Origin: Ginglymostoma cirratum
Lineage: Eukaryota
Direction: 5' to 3'
Assembly: GCA_024137785.1 (NCBI GenBank)
Contig: JAHRHZ010000267.1
Coordinates: 56,891,245-56,955,244, forward strand
DNA length: 64,000 bases
The notes under the pieces were generated by a model, which was not told the origin of the DNA, ran no database searches, and saw nothing but the letters and a program-made list of their open reading frames with translations. This document shows, in pieces, positions 1 to 14,129 of the stretch. The stretch's first letter is position 1. Each line of letters starts with the position of its first letter. Both the position numbers and the translations under genes were made by a program.

Positions 1-3000
1 TCCTCCTCCTTTGTTACATTACTGGGATTTCAAAGTACAAATCGAAATTAAGGCTTGTTACTAAACTGAAAAATGTCAAAACATTTAAATGTTCTGTTTA
101 AAGTACTGTACCAGAGTTAGAAAGACCGTCTGCGTGTGTTCATTATATCAGCATCGGTTCTTTCTTTTTCTAAAAAAAAGACCTTGATCTTTTTTAAACA
201 AAAAAAGTGAATGGATTCTCAAAGGCATGAGTTTAGAATTACATTCTGCAAACTCTCCTTCCAACTTAGAAATTAGTACAAAGAGATCAAATGTCAAGGA
301 TGCAGATAATCTGCTAAATCTTTTAAAGGTCAATTTATTTGAAGCAATTTGCAAGCAGGTTACAAGCGAGCTTGTGTAAACCCTGGTTATGTGGAACTGA
401 CTGATTTGCAGTTCCCAGTTAAACTATTGTGAAAATAAAAACCCGCGCATCCCAATTCCGATCTGTTGGTGCTGAAAGAATCTACAAGTCTTGCCCTTCA
501 GGCTTCATTGCCAGATTCCTCCCCCGCCCCCCATTTTCGAGTTCGGTTATACACATTACACGGAACAAAGACATCACATCTATTTTCCCTACAGAAGGGT
601 ACAGTGGATAATAAATTGCTTGCCATGTGGAGAGGCGGAGCTGTAAGCGACCCTCAATAATAACCCACCACCCCAACCCCCCTCCACATTTCTCCCCTCC
701 ACTTCGAGACAGGTTTTATCAGCCTCCAGCATATCTGCTCATTGTATCTGCTCAGTTTACTCACTCTGCAGTTGGGGTGGGTGAGTGCGTGGAGCAGGGG
801 ATGGGATAAGCTTTGACTGAGGAAGGCAGCCAGGCAAGCGCTGGAGAAATATTGCTACGAGGTGCAATGAACAGCTGTGTGGCCTTTCCACCTGATAAAG
901 GAACTCCAAGTCCTGAAGGATTTGTGCTATCCATGCCCTTCTGTTAGGCTAACAAGTATCACATCTGCCATAAATCCATCAAGGTTTCAACTGGGCAACG
1001 AAGAATTCTAACAATTCGGCCCAACAAGAAGGAGCGGGTAGGGCAAGCTTACACTAAATGTGATGCTCTGTATTCAAATAGAGTGCATGTAAAATGTAGC
1101 CAAACAAAGCCACCGCTGGCATCTAGCTGCCTTGGCTAATGGCAACTTAAACCTGATTGTCACCAAAAAGGGAGGAGACTGAAGATGCTGATACACGTTG
1201 AAATCAGAGGACTGGTTCTCTGCGTATTACGAGGATGGGAAGGGGAATGTGGTGAAGACAACTTACGGCTGTTTGTTATGTTTCACTTACACTGTCAGTT
1301 CTCCGCATTTCTGCTTTCCCCCAGAAGGCTGTCTAATGGGATCTTTTCGTGCAAATTACAGCCTGTGCTGACCTACTTCGGTCTTGTCCCCGCAGGCTGT
1401 TGCAGACTGCGAGAGTGCATTGTGTGGAAATAAACAATCAGAAAGGGGATTGGGTAGTGCTGTTGTTCCACCGCCTTTAATTAGAAAACACAGCTCCTTA
1501 GAAACGTCATGCCGATAAATATTGAATGCAATGCAAAGTGTGTTTAATTGGAGACGCTGTAGTCCTCTTCCGATCGTTCATATTGCCTCAACATTGTTAA
1601 CTTAAAACTGGAAAACCAGACGTTCCAAACACGCCTAAAGTAATGCCTCTGAATTTGAGGATTGTGAGTAATTTGTCTCTATACTTAGCCTACAAGGAGT
1701 GCAATCCAGCCACTATTGAATCAGGTTGTACCACACTTAGAGAATTTTCCTTGGTTCTCTCAAACGTGGAAATCAATCTCGAACAAAGACCAATTCATTT
1801 AGCTGATATCAAGCTCCAAGCGCTGAAATATTTTAAAACTGTTACGCATATCCTTTTTCATTCAAGTGACTTAAGTTACGTAAGGCTCGGCGCATAACTC
1901 CGGCTCTCCATGTGCAAGTTAATTATTGAGATCATTTCTGCGTTGGTAGTGCGCGTTGAAGATGCTTTTGCTTATTTTGAAATGTAAATAGATTTTCAGT
2001 ACAGGAGGCTGATTGAAGTGTGGGAAATACCAGCCAGATCTGATCAATGGCTTTGTTATGAAGGAGGTGTGGAACTGACAGAAGCTGGTCTACCGAAAGC
2101 TTGTAACAATTTTGTAAATTTGCATGAAAAACAATTTAGACAAATTTGTGTTACTGCCTTGGGCCTCCACCATCAATGAGCTTTACAGTGATTCCTGGCT
2201 TCATTAGACGAACCGGCTTGGCACATCTGGGGAAAAATTAGCTGAGGAAGCTCATGGAATTTAAAGCATTTGGTTAACTTTTAACTTTCCATCCTGCCAT
2301 CTGAAGCCTTTGTGGAGACGACTTTTGTCTTTCTTCATATTATCTAGTACTTTACTGCGACCTCTGTATTTCATACTTTCTTAGACAGCTGACAGGCTGA
2401 TGTGTTGGACCTCTAACTGTTTTAAAAATATTCAATATAAACACCTCTCCTTGAGTCACTCTGGTCACTGTTCAGCTGAATTGCAGTGTGTTACATTAGA
2501 CCTATCAAGATGAGGGAGCTCCTTTCCTCTAAATGTTCTAAGCTGCTCCACATTTTTTTTGCAGGCAAAACAGCAATTCTATTCTGTTTAAATTACTAAT
2601 GACTGAATGAAGAGAATGGCTGGTTACTGTGATGTTTTGTTAAACATGACAGAATGTAAAATGATCAAGTGATGACTATGAGCATGTTTATTCAATTTGA
2701 GGAAATTTTATCCATACACATGGACATTTTTTAAAAGTTATGCAATGCTCAAACTGTTTCCAGTGCTGTGTCTGCTTTTGAATTTAATTTCAATGTGTGA
2801 AATCTGTAATCCTGTGGATTCAGATGATTATTTCAACAATATTCCTGTTTTTATTTGATTTAAATATGTTGTGCATTATAGAGGAAAGCAACCAGTCACA
2901 TCCAGCCCCACAATAGCATGACCAAAGTAAATCTATAATTGTGTCAGTGAATCTGTTTTAGCAATAAATGTAGCTTGGTTGATCAGTAAGAGCGATCCAT

Positions 3001-3589
3001 TAGTGCCTGTCTTTAATAGATCCTTTCAAAAAAGGTTAATTTCAGTGTAGCAGGTGCTCCTTAAAGGGAGGAAATGAAAATATTGTTTTATTTAGCAGCT
3101 CTTAATTTTATATACTTAGCAGAGTCTGGCAGAGATTCAGATTTTGTGTGTGTGTCTTTTTGTGTGTGACAAAACTGGTACTCTGTCTTGAAGCCAGCCT
3201 TGCACAAACTGTGCTTTCTTTGTAAACTGAAACAAAGCTGAACGCTGTTATTGTTTTCTCTGCTTCACTTCTCTGTGATGTAGTGGTTGCAATAAAAGTG
3301 CCTTTGTTTCCTGATCCAGCATCTTTCAGTGACCAACCCATTTTTAAATGCCTTGTTTCACACTCAGCTCATTTTCTTTCATCCCTGCAATGCCATAGAG
3401 TCATTTAAGGCAGGGGGTGGGATTGTGGATTTAATTGGAAAATGCTTCTGTGTGTTTGTTCAGCTATCAGTTTGAAACAATATATAATTTGCTAACTGGT
3501 CGAATAAACCGTGTTATATTGATGCTTTTAGTATCTTGACCATTGTCATTTCACTGTGGATACAATTGCAGTGATCAAAACAAAATGTT

Positions 3590-3850
3590 ATATCTCAGAT
3601 GCCCCTAAAAAAAATCCTATGGCACTATTTGACAACAAGCAGGGGGTTCTCCTTGTTTGAATATTTATCCCTCAAAGAGCAGTACTGAACAAATTATCTA
3701 GCCACTTATCTTATTGGTGTTTGTGAGACCTTGCTGTGTGCAAATTGGCCTCCATTCTTCCAAAATTACAACACTTGACAAAATAATTCTTTGCTTAGCA
3801 TTTTGGGATATCCTAGGGTTGTGAAAGTTATTATATAAATGTAGATCTGC
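3590..3850 (+). mobile_element. Deu-type (SacSINE/AmnSINE-like) SINE, 3' part
   Basis: cctatggcactatttga...agcaggggttctcc...aatatttatccctcaa...gtttgtgagaccttgctgtgtgcaaattgg...tgggatatcctagggttgtgaaag...tatataaatg; the same block recurs many times in the window. Confidence 0.6.
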
Positions 3851-4219
3851 CTGCCATCACTCACTAACTGACGTATCACTGAGTTGGGACTTCCCAAGAG
3901 GAATTTCCCATCATTTAGCGTGAAAGTAGGCTGCCTGATATCTAACCTTTTTAGGGACTATGCTTTCGGAGACAGTAGTTTCTGCATTCTGTTTTTTGAC
4001 TCACATCCAGGTTGAGTGCTTTTGAGCTGTCCACCTGACATGTTGCAGTCAAAATAATCATTTATGAACCATATTCTAGGAGCCAAATGCATGGAAGGCT
4101 GACTATTGGCTTTACTCAATGTTACAATAATCAGCTTCCATAGATATACTTATTACATAAATCTCTTTTTTTAACATATTCTGTTCATGTACATAACAAA
4201 AAACAAAATTGTTGCATGA

Positions 4220-4545
4220 GTTTAATAGGTGACACAAAAACATAACACCTTTTAGGATGTCCCAAAATGCTTCACAGCCAATTTGAACTTAAAGAGTGCA
4301 CACTGCTGGAATAAAGGAAGACGACAACCAACTTGTACACAGCTAGGTCCCACAACCAGCAAAGTGATAACGATCAATTCCAAATCCTGAGGGACATTTT
4401 GCACTGAGAGGACCTATGGGGACCTTGAGTTAACATGACAGCTGAACAGTAGCTCGCCAGTGCAGCACTCCCTCAGTGCTAGCTTGGAATAGAATCTGAA
4501 TTCATAACTTTCTGCCTTGAGGTGAAAGTGCTACCACTGACAAAC
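4220..4545 (-). mobile_element. Deu-type SINE, degenerate
   Basis: Reverse complement of the family above, including cagtgcagcactccctcagt and the tRNA-like head ...gaggtgaaagtgctaccactga. Confidence 0.6.
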
Positions 4546-4784
4546 TGAGGTCTATTGTAATTCTGGTTCTGCGTTAGCTGATACCGCCAAAGAGATTTGC
4601 CACTTTTTTTTAGCTACAATCAGTCAGTACAACTTGTCAACCTGAGAAAAACCAAAACTAATTTTGAATACAATTAGGTATATTCTAATTTAACAAATTA
4701 AACTTCTGTCTTGTGGTTGAAATGGCATCTATTTACTAAAAGCTTTAATGTCACAAAACAGATTCAAAAATTCCAGACATTTTT

Positions 4785-5010
4785 AAATTCATTCCTTAGT
4801 GTCACAGGCTGAGCCAAAATTTCTTACTCATCTCAAATTTCCCAGATGGCTTTTAAGGGCCAACTACATCACTGTGGGTCGGTAATCACGCATAGGTCAG
4901 ACTAGGTAAGGACAGCAGATTTCCTCCTGTCAAGAACCTTAGTGAACCAAATGAGTTTTTGTGACAATTGAGAATAGTTACATGGTTAACATTAGACTAG
5001 CTTTTTTATT
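4785..5010 (-). mobile_element. Shark SINE-like repeat (gtaggccagaccaggtaaggac family)
   Basis: taggtcagactaggtaaggacagcagatttcct...agtgaacc; homologous to 14130, 22515 (opposite strand), 49590 and 53050. Confidence 0.55.
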
Positions 5011-8000
5011 TTACTAAACTTTACTGAAACTTCTAAAAAAAATACTCAGTGTTATAAAATGAGGTGGGGGAGGGAATCTTAACCAATTTTCCCTTTATAA
5101 TCCTGGATTAATTCCTTGTGGAAAATTTGGAAATTCTGCTGAGGTTTGCGAAAGGAGGGACCATACGTTCCTATTGATTCTTAATCAGTATTGCGCTGTT
5201 CAAATGATCCACTTTTGCACTAAATTTCTGATGCTCTGTTTGCACTGCTTAATTCAAATCATTGAATAATTAGTGCAAACAAGACCTGGAGTTATCAGGA
5301 GTACATTACATTAAGTACATTTTAAAAGCAAAAAAAACAAAGAACTGTTATCATGTAATCAAGAGAATTACTATTTTATGCAGCAGTCTTTTCTGTTTGT
5401 GCTGTTTGTGTTTGGATGTCAGTGTTTGAATGTCATTCAGTGAATAAATTCTTTCTAAGTGCTGCTGTTTCAATATGAAACTGGGCAGCAGGTTCTTATT
5501 AGCATTGCCTTGGCTGAAGTCTTATTGCATTATAGATTGAAGGTCATAGTAACATACTCCAGCAAAATGCAATTGTTGTAATACCAATAACTTGGGTGAT
5601 TCAGTCATAGTACTGAGGGTTTCTTGGGTGGAAAGGTGCATGGATACTGTATGTAGTTAAAATAACATTGTCTTTTTAAAAGTACTGGATAGGATACAAG
5701 AAACTGCTTAGTATCTGATTTATCTCCTTCTCTGTTTGTCTCTCATTTTCTTTGTCTTTCTTTTACCACTACTTTTTTTTAGTAGCCTCCAGAATTTACT
5801 TCCCCTGTTGAGCTGTAAAAATGCATTCCTGGCATTTGTTTCACTTGGATTGTAGGAGACTGTAATCCAGACTGTAACTCTGTTTCCACTGCTGAATCTA
5901 GCTTTGTTTTTTGCTCCTGGAGCAGTAATGTGGTCTTGTAATGAAAAAACACTCAAGTGGGTCCTACTGATGTTAGCATTGGAGAATTGTACTTTATAAT
6001 GTAAACATGTCAGTGTAAAAATACTTTCAATATTATCCCCTTACCTTACGTCATCACAATGTTGACATTAACACTCATTGCATAGCTTTGTGTTTTAGCT
6101 AGCACTTCTCCAGAACCACAAAATTATGGGATTCATTTTTACCTCCAGTGCTTGTCTATTGAACGGACATAGTGAATGGTCTACATATAGCAGAACTTCC
6201 CTGGTTGTCATCCTACTGAAATACAAAACATATAATATCAATGAGGAGGAAGAGACCGGACGGCCCATTAACACTGTACTACACCATGGTGTAGTATCAT
6301 GAATTAACTCTTCCTTCCCATTCCACACTCCATGTGCTGCATGCTTCCAACAAATGTACATTGTGAAGATTAAGAGTATTGAGGCACTTCAGAGTAGAAC
6401 ATGGTGAATAGAGAAAAGATTATTTCAGTTGCACTTTGGTAATTTCCAATTTGAAATGTTTTACCCTTGGGCTGTACACCTAATATGTAATGTATTTTGT
6501 AAATAATAAGACCATTACATTCATGTTGCAAAGTTTTATATTTTCTTTAACAAATGTTATAACGTTTTTTTTTGGAGAAAAGGAGCAAAGCTGATGGTCC
6601 TAGGATACCATAAACAAATGAAATAAGAATCAAGTGGTACAAAGATGAGACAGGGCATTGATGTCCTGGATTCATGCCTAAGGTGTAAATTCCCTCAGTT
6701 CTTCCTTCCTCCTTTTGATAATCATTCTTGCAAACTGCCAACCTTCAGTGTCCCCCAGTCGCTACTCTGTACCTGCTTTATCTCATTTGTGTTATAGGCC
6801 TTGACATTTCATGTAATGTTAAATGGGGGAAGTATACTCAGGAGTGTTTATTATTGAAACATTCCTGCTAACCCATTAGTCCAAATGAATGGTCTGACAC
6901 CTGTGGTTTGAAATGATTAACCGCTAATGGAGTTCATTCAAAAACGACAAAAAAAATCACTAACTGTTTAAGGAACGTGGCCTCAGCATTAATGACTGCT
7001 GGTTCAGAAGCTGTTGTTTGACTAGCATTGCTCATAAAGGTATAAAATTGGTTCTTTGTGTTACTGAATGATTTAGTTGGACAACAGCACAGACCTGGAG
7101 ACTGAAGTTAATGCAAAACTACTGCTAGCACGAGTTTATCCAGAGACCAGGGGGAGTTAAAGGAATTGAATTGGGCTCAATGGTGTTTACCTTATACCAA
7201 AAAAATGATGTAACCAACGCATACAACTCCAATCAAATCAAAGTCTTGCAGCCAAATCCTTCTTTTGTTGAAGAACTCTGGGTGTATTGAAACATGCCTT
7301 GGCTATCCCTAAACATTCCATGACTCTTAAGAGCAAAGCATTTTTGATGGTGTTGCCATTTTGATGGTGATGGAAGTTCAGACCAGATGTCAGATTCTTT
7401 ATTTTTGAGCCCACTGATTCACAATCCAACGTGGTTTGTCCAATTTTGTGAAATGTTTGAAAAATGGAAGTGAAGATTTTTGGGTTCAATGCTGAAGAAT
7501 TTGTGGCTGGATCCGATTCCATCTCCCCTGGTTGAAACAGAGCAGGTTAACCTTTTGGAGTTCCAAATGCGTTTTGAAACTTGCACATGTTCGTTAACTG
7601 CTATTAAAAAAATCTTCCCGGTGAATTTAGACTGGGTTCATACTCTTGAACCCTACTACAAGGAGCAACAAATCCCTTGCATACTGTAAGAATCTGCAAC
7701 CTTTTCAAAGTGTGTTTACATTCCAACACTGGAATAATTGGTGAAAAAAATGACGTACCAACTTGATGCAAACTGATTCTGTGACTGCAAAAATTGAGAA
7801 GTGTGAGGAATTTTTCATCACCTAAGATATTCTATGCTTTTTGAAAGCCAGTTTCAAAAACATACTTCACAGCATAGCATCAGAACCCGAAACAAAAGGG
7901 TCTGTTTGCAGTTTGTCGATCATTATTTTCTTGGGTAGGACCCTCGAGCTTATTTTTGACAAGATTTGGCTATGATTCACTGTTATCTCTTCAAATACCA

Positions 8001-8159
8001 GTGACCATGACTGTTGGTGAAAGGGATGATGTCATGCAAGCAGCATGTTGCACATAAAGCCTATGTGCTTCTAATTGCCTTTAGCTGTTCAAAAATCTAC
8101 TGTGTCTGGGCACATAGCTCCCAAAAGTTCGTAAGGTTGATTGTAAGCCACCATCAGGA

Positions 8160-8465
8160 AGACAAAACTTACATTTATATAGTGCCTTTCACAGTCTCAG
8201 GGCATTCCAAAACATTTTGCAGCTGGTGAATTGCTTTTGAAATGTAATCACTGTACTAATATAGGAAGCATAGCATGCGCACAGCAAGATTCCACAAACA
8301 GCAATTTGATAAGGAACACAGAATCTGTTTCTTTTCAGTGATGATGGCTGAAGGACAAAGAATGGCCCACACAAGTCATATCTCCTCTACTCATCAATAT
8401 AGTGGCATGGCTCACCTAAGAAAGCAGAAGGAACCTAAATTTATGTTTCCTCTGAAAGATCCATG
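8160..8465 (-). mobile_element. Deu-type SINE
   Basis: cttacatttatatagtgcctttcac...cacagcaagattccacaaacagcaat. Confidence 0.55.
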
Positions 8466-8659
8466 AAACAAAATCCTGTAGAGGAACTAATTTTCTTTTT
8501 CCGACACATAGCTGCCAATAAATGTGCTTTAATCCTTGTGATTTGGTTTGCCACTCCTTTTAAATCTGATAATCAACTGTGCATTTCAAGTAGTGATTAA
8601 TGGCCGTAGAACTAAAAACTAAAGACGGGGAATATCTCTCTCTAGGTTTTACATCAGTC

Positions 8660-8870
8660 TAGGAGTAATGGCTATTTGGCCTCTCGGGCCTGGCCGACTT
8701 TCAGTAAGATTGTGACAAATCTGTATCTTAACTTCATTTTCCCAGCTTGGTTCTGTAACTCTTTATATTCTTGCCTAACAACTTCCAGCAGTCTCAACAC
8801 TGAAGTTTTCAATTGACTTAGGCATTTTAGAGCGAGAGAGTTCCCAGATTTTCGTTAGTCACTTCTAGCC
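8660..8870 (-). mobile_element. CR1 LINE 3' end fragment
   Basis: taggagt..ggctatttggcctctcgggcctg...ttcagtaagattgtgac..atctg; same pattern as the other CR1 3' ends. Confidence 0.45.
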
Positions 8871-9524
8871 GTTTAACTTAATAGGAGTAAATTGGAGAGT
8901 TTTTCTGGTGGTTGATTCAGGAGCCACAAAAGGCACAGGAGATCTGAATTAAGATGGTCGGAAATGTCTGTTTGGATTGTCTGCCGAGATGATTGGTGCA
9001 AAGCCTTCTATTCTTGTTCACATTCAGTTCTTTGCATTCCATCCATCATGCCCAGGGAGCAACACGTTTGTTATTTGTGCAGGAAATCAGTTGGAATCAG
9101 CCATTTTACTATTTGTTATTTATCTGTTTTACAAGTCAGGTGTTTGACTTTTGCTATTTTTTCATTTAAAAAAACTGTTGCACCTTCAATTTCTTCCAGT
9201 AAATTGACTCCAATGAATGTTTAAGACAGCCTTGTTTTGTTGGTTTCTGAGATTGTCCACAGACAGTTGAATGACAGGGAAGTTTTTGAAATTCAGTGTT
9301 GATTAATATCAAGACTATTTTGACAGGCACGTGCACTTATGACTAGTTATTGCTGCTTTCATTTACCATAAGCCCATTTAAGATAAATTGCATATTTTTA
9401 ACCAGGTCCTTGTGTTTAAAAACTTTTGTTTTCAACCATGAGGCAAGAAAATACTGTTACTCGTTCTTATGTTTTTAATTATTAACTGCAGGTGACAGAT
9501 TTGGTTCAGTGAGAAATAATCATG

Positions 9525-10370
9525 CATAGAGTCACGGAAACAAACCCCTCGTCCCATTTGCCAGCATTTGGCCCATGTCCACCTAAACCCTTCCTATTCA
9601 TATACCCATCCAGATGCCGTATAAATGTTGTAATTGTACCGGCCTCCACCACTTCCTCTGGCAGCTCATTCCATACATGCACCACCCCCTGCATGAAAAA
9701 GTCGCTCCTTAGGTCCTTTTTAAATCGTTCCCCTCTCACATTAAGCCTCTGCCCTCTTGTTTTGGACTCCCCTTCCTTGGGCAAAAGTCCTTGACTATTC
9801 ACTCTATCTATGCCGCTCATGATTTTATAACCTTCTATTACGTCACTCCTCAGCATCCGACGCTCCAGGGAAAATAGCCCCAGCCTATTCAGCCTCTTCC
9901 TACAGTTTAAACCCTCCAACCTTGGCAACGTCCTTGTAAATCTTTTCTGAACCTTTTCAAGTTTCACAACATCTTTCCTATAGCAGGGAGGCCAGAACTG
10001 AACACAATATTCCAAAAGTGGTCCAACCAATGTCCTGTACAGCTGCGATATGACTTCCTAACTCCTATGGTCAATGCACTGACCAGTAAAGGCAAGCATA
10101 CCAAACGCCTTCTTCCACTATCCTGTCTACCTCTGACTCCACTTTCAAGGAACTATGAACCTGCACTCCAAGGTCTCTTTGTGCAGCAACACACCCCAGG
10201 ACCTTACCATTGAGTGTATAAGTCCTGCCCTGATTTGCCTTTCCAAAATGCAGCACCTCACATTTATCTAAATTAAACCCCATCTGCCACTCCTCAGCCC
10301 ATTCACCCATCTGATCAAGGTCCTGTTGTTATTTGACGTAAACCTCTTCGCTGTCCATGACACCACCTTA
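9525..10370 (-). mobile_element. CR1 LINE (HER1-like) 3' fragment with reverse-transcriptase C-terminal region
   Basis: Minus-strand ORFs read WAEEWQMGFNLDKCEVLHFGKAN, QRDLGVQVHSSLKV, PLLEYCVQFWPPCYRKDVVKLEKVQKRFTR, LGLFSLERRMLRSD and VVHVWNELPEEVVEAGTITTF, which is typical CR1 ORF2; frameshifted. Confidence 0.93.
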
Positions 10371-10375
10371 TTGAT

Positions 10376-10497
10376 ACATGGGAACACCATCATTTGCAGG
10401 CTCCACTGAAATTCACTCACCATTCCAGCTTGGAAATATATTGCCCAATGTCATTGGGTCAAAAATCCAGAAATTCCCTCCCGAAGGGCATTGTGTC
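10376..10497 (+). mobile_element. LINE 3'-end fragment (catgggaacaccacc...cttggaaatatat family)
   Basis: Homologous to 41230-41535 and to the reverse of 30575-30835 and 57820-58200. Confidence 0.55.
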
Positions 10498-10499
10498 TT

Positions 10500-10700
10500 G
10501 GCTTAGAAGGTTTTTGGATTTGAACCCCACTTTCGACTGGCTAATCTAGAAGGACATTCCAATGCAGAACTGAGGAGATGCAGTGCTGCCTGGTGGATAA
10601 GGTGTGACTGCTCCTGCTCCCTCAGGTGGACACGAAAAGACCACATGGTGTTATTTTGAAAGAGAGCAGGGAGTTCTCCCTGGTCAATATTTATCAGCAA
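10500..10700 (+). mobile_element. Deu-type SINE, 5'/central part
   Basis: tRNA-like B-box region, gcagaactgaggagatgcagtgc, ctcaggtggacacgaaaagaccacatgg...gagcagggagttctccc. Confidence 0.55.
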
Positions 10701-10899
10701 CCACCTGTATGCATGGAGAGCCATGCCAATCTGCCAGCATGTTCTTGCATTTGATACACCTTGGAATTTGCAACTATTTGAGGGGTGGTGAGAGGCAAGT
10801 GACATATCCAATTAGACACTGGTTTGGGCCTGTTTTGGGGTTTAATTTACCATTGGGTTTAACTATTCAGACATAGCCACACTGCTGTCGGCACATTTC

Positions 10900-11170
10900 T
10901 TTTGTTTCTTTCACTTTTTGTTTCCTTGCCTCATCACTATTCCCATTAGCCCTGTAAGACCAACTCTCTTTGTCATTCTATCTCTCCTGCCTTGACCCCA
11001 AACACAGAATGTCCTTTGTCTTCGCCCTACCCACCTCTTGATCAAATCTGATTCCATCTCCAACACTGCCCAGATCTGATGGTAGGTCATCAACCTGGTT
11101 GTTCACATGTCTCTCTCCATGCAGATGCTGCCAGACCTGCTGAGTTTCTCTAGCACTTTCCATTTTCCTT
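10900..11170 (+). mobile_element. Penelope-like pseudo-LTR fragment
   Basis: Pyrimidine-rich tract, then a decayed hammerhead region (ctgatggtaggtcatcaacctg) and cagatgctgccagacctgctgagtttctctagcac. Confidence 0.6.
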
Positions 11171-11583
11171 TTACATTGACAGCGCCTGTAATTTGTTGCT
11201 TTCCTTCTGAGGGCACTCTGCCTCCCAGCATTGACCGGTAAATGGGTCTCTCCCATCCCCACCCACACTCCAACCTTCGTCGCTGAGGCTGAAGCAGGGG
11301 TGGAAATGAACACCCCCATGGCAGCAAATACAAAATGGCCACAGAATCAGCCACAGAACTGCCCCAGTTTTCACGTTTATGATCTGGTAGCTGTGGTTAT
11401 CTTTAATTTCACTATTTAAAATCTGCAGAAGACGTCTTCATCACGAGTCTTCCCATTTTCTCATCCTACATCAGCAATTCCCAGCTGTGACAGTGAGGCT
11501 GAGAATCTCTTACTGCCAGAAGGCCTGCTTCATTGGATGGTAAGCATGATCCCTAACCACTAATTGGCCAGTTGGTCAAAGAC

Positions 11584-12213
11584 CAGGTAAAACAGTGATT
11601 TACTTGCACTTCACTCAATCTAATCTACGGTATTTGCTGCTCACAATGTGGTCTCCACTACATTGGGGAAACAAAGTGCAGACTGGGCAACTGCTTTTCA
11701 GAACACCTATGTTCTGTTTGCAAAAGTGACCCTGAGCTTCCAATTGCGTGCCACATCAACATACTGCTGTGTTCCCTGGTCAACATCTCTGTGTCAGGCT
11801 TACTACAGTGCTCCAGCGAAGCTCAGGGCAAGCTGGAAGAACACCACTTCACTTTTCACTTGGGAACCCTGCAACCCTCTGGACTCAAAGTCAAGTTCAA
11901 TAATTTTAGGGCCTGAGCACGATCTCCCATGTCTTTACCCCAACCCCACACACCAGGCTTTGTCATCACATGGGCTGCTAGCACAAACTAGCCATTGTCA
12001 GCCACTAACAATCTCCATTAGCAGCAATTCATACTCCCAGGCTGACCTCTACCCACTTCTTTGTCTACCCAACTGTTTTTCTCTCTCTTTGGGCTCCATC
12101 TCCATCTTCTTCACCCCTTCTCCAGCAATATATACCAACCTTTTCCCAACTTTTCTCACCACAGATGCTGTCTGACCTGCTGAGTTTTTCCAGCAATTTC
12201 TGCTTTTGTTCAG
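11584..12213 (+). mobile_element. Penelope-like element 3' fragment: GIY-YIG endonuclease plus pseudo-LTR
   Basis: Frame from 11584 reads QVKQ*FTCTSLNLIYGICCSQCGLHYIGETKCRLGNCFSEHL...LPIACHIN (IY..CxxC..YIGET); ends in cacagatgctgtctgacctgctgagtttttccagcaatttctg. Confidence 0.88.
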
Positions 12214-14129
12214 ACACATTATTGGACATTGAAGGTGAAGTGGGCCTGGGACCTGGAAATGTGCCCGAGCAAATGTCTAGCCCACCAAGTTAGATTATCT
12301 AAACCTTGACCAAATAGCTAGGTTTAAGGTCTGACTTTACTGGGGAGTCCAAGGTGGAGAGGTGTACAAAGGATATTCCAGAACTTGGGGCCTAGGTAAC
12401 TGAAGGCACAGCGATCAACATGTCTAAAAGGCAATCTGGCCATGAACTTAATCTTGTGCGAGGAAAGTATTTCCTGCATCACAATATGAACTATGCTTCA
12501 AAAATGATTCATTTGCTGCGAAGCCTGAGGTCGTGAAAGGTGCTAGATAAATGTAAGACCTTTCTCAATGCAGCCATTTTGAAAATGCAAAGTTTGTGAG
12601 CACGAAATTGAGATCAAAATCCTATCTGGAAAACTTTCTTTTGATGGGAATGCCGGCTATTCCTTCTCTTTGGGCTGAGTGAGGATGTAGAACAAATAAC
12701 AGAGTTGGGTGTAGCTGGAAAAGATTCTGCAATTGTGCAGTGAGTGGGAGTGGTGAGGTAATCACAAAAGCCAGTAAAGTGGAGAGGAAGCAGCTATCAA
12801 GGCAAGCGTGGCATCTTCCTTCCTGTTCCCAGAAGCTGGAGACTTTGGCCTGTGTCATTTCAGCTAACTGCAGGGTTTGTTTTTCTCATGAGGGACAGCT
12901 AATAAAGAATGTCTGTAGGCTGTGACTTTTACCGTAAAATGGTTGAAGTTGTAAGTCTTGAACCTGGAGTGAAAAATTACAGGTATTTGACTGGCAATGT
13001 GGGATATTACTTCCCAGCAAGTGTTTGCTGTAACCAGAGGAAACCTTATTCATAAAAGACACTGGATTTCATTTTTTTGCCTCAGTGGGATTAAGTGCTA
13101 AACTGATTGAAAACTGAAATGAAATGTACGGAATCTCCCCAAGACTGTGTGATTTCACTCTCTAGGACCTTTTCATTTCTGTTTTCTTCTCTTTAAGTGA
13201 AACTGGCAAAAATTCAGATGGGGATTTCACCAATTTGTTATTTTTTTTCCACTGCACACTAGCATCAAAACTTTTATTTCTATTTCAGCTGTAAATGCAA
13301 GGGAAAGCTGACAACAATTACTCCTAGTGACCTGACAACTGAATTTGTAGACCTACATATCATGGCCAAACCCTTCACCTGTTGACCATTTTATAACACA
13401 GTGTCACTGTCAGCAGCCAAAATGTTGCGGGATGGCTGAACAGTTTAAGTATGGTGTCGCCATGACAACATTACGCTGCTGGATTGCTCATGACATCGCT
13501 GACCATGGCAGCATTTTATTTTGTATCTAGTTTTGTAAGCAAAGGTGTTATCAAAATGGATATTTTTCAGATCAGCAAGTTCCTTGAGGAACTAGCTCTG
13601 GAAGCATGGCTGTAGCTTCAGTAAGATCATTCCGAGATAGATGCCCTGTATGATGTAGGTCAAACTTACAGCATGGTCATCTTCATTTTTAGCAGTGTCT
13701 TTATGTAAACAAGAGTCAGTGATTTCTAATTATTATTATTCACTTCTACATAGAAGCCTTGCATTTTCACTCCCACTGGAACTCTTTATCCGAAATTGGC
13801 ACACGTGAGGTAAAGGAATGTTGAGACATATCACTGGCCCTAATAATGACAGGAATCTTCATGGCAAAGGACACCAATGAATAAAAGTTTAAAAACATCA
13901 TTTAACATTTAAAAAAAAAAGCTTTAATACATTTTCCCCCTAAATTGGAGGCTGTGTCTTCAACAGTCTGGGTCCTAACCTCTGAAATTTCTTACCTAAC
14001 CCTTGCCACCTCTCTCTTTCTCCTTTTTTTGGCTACTAAAATCCTACCTCTTCAGCCAAGTATTTATGATCTGTTGTCATGCTTTAGTTTGTTGCTGACT
14101 TTTATAAAAGAAATCATATGTGAGTATTC

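Noticed and set aside
2019-2027. CSL/RBPJ site tgtgggaaa suggesting Notch autoregulation
   Set aside because: A single unpaired short motif, expected by chance in 64 kb.
11648-12175. 175-aa ORF as a host gene
   Set aside because: It is an alternate or shifted frame of a decayed Penelope GIY-YIG region.
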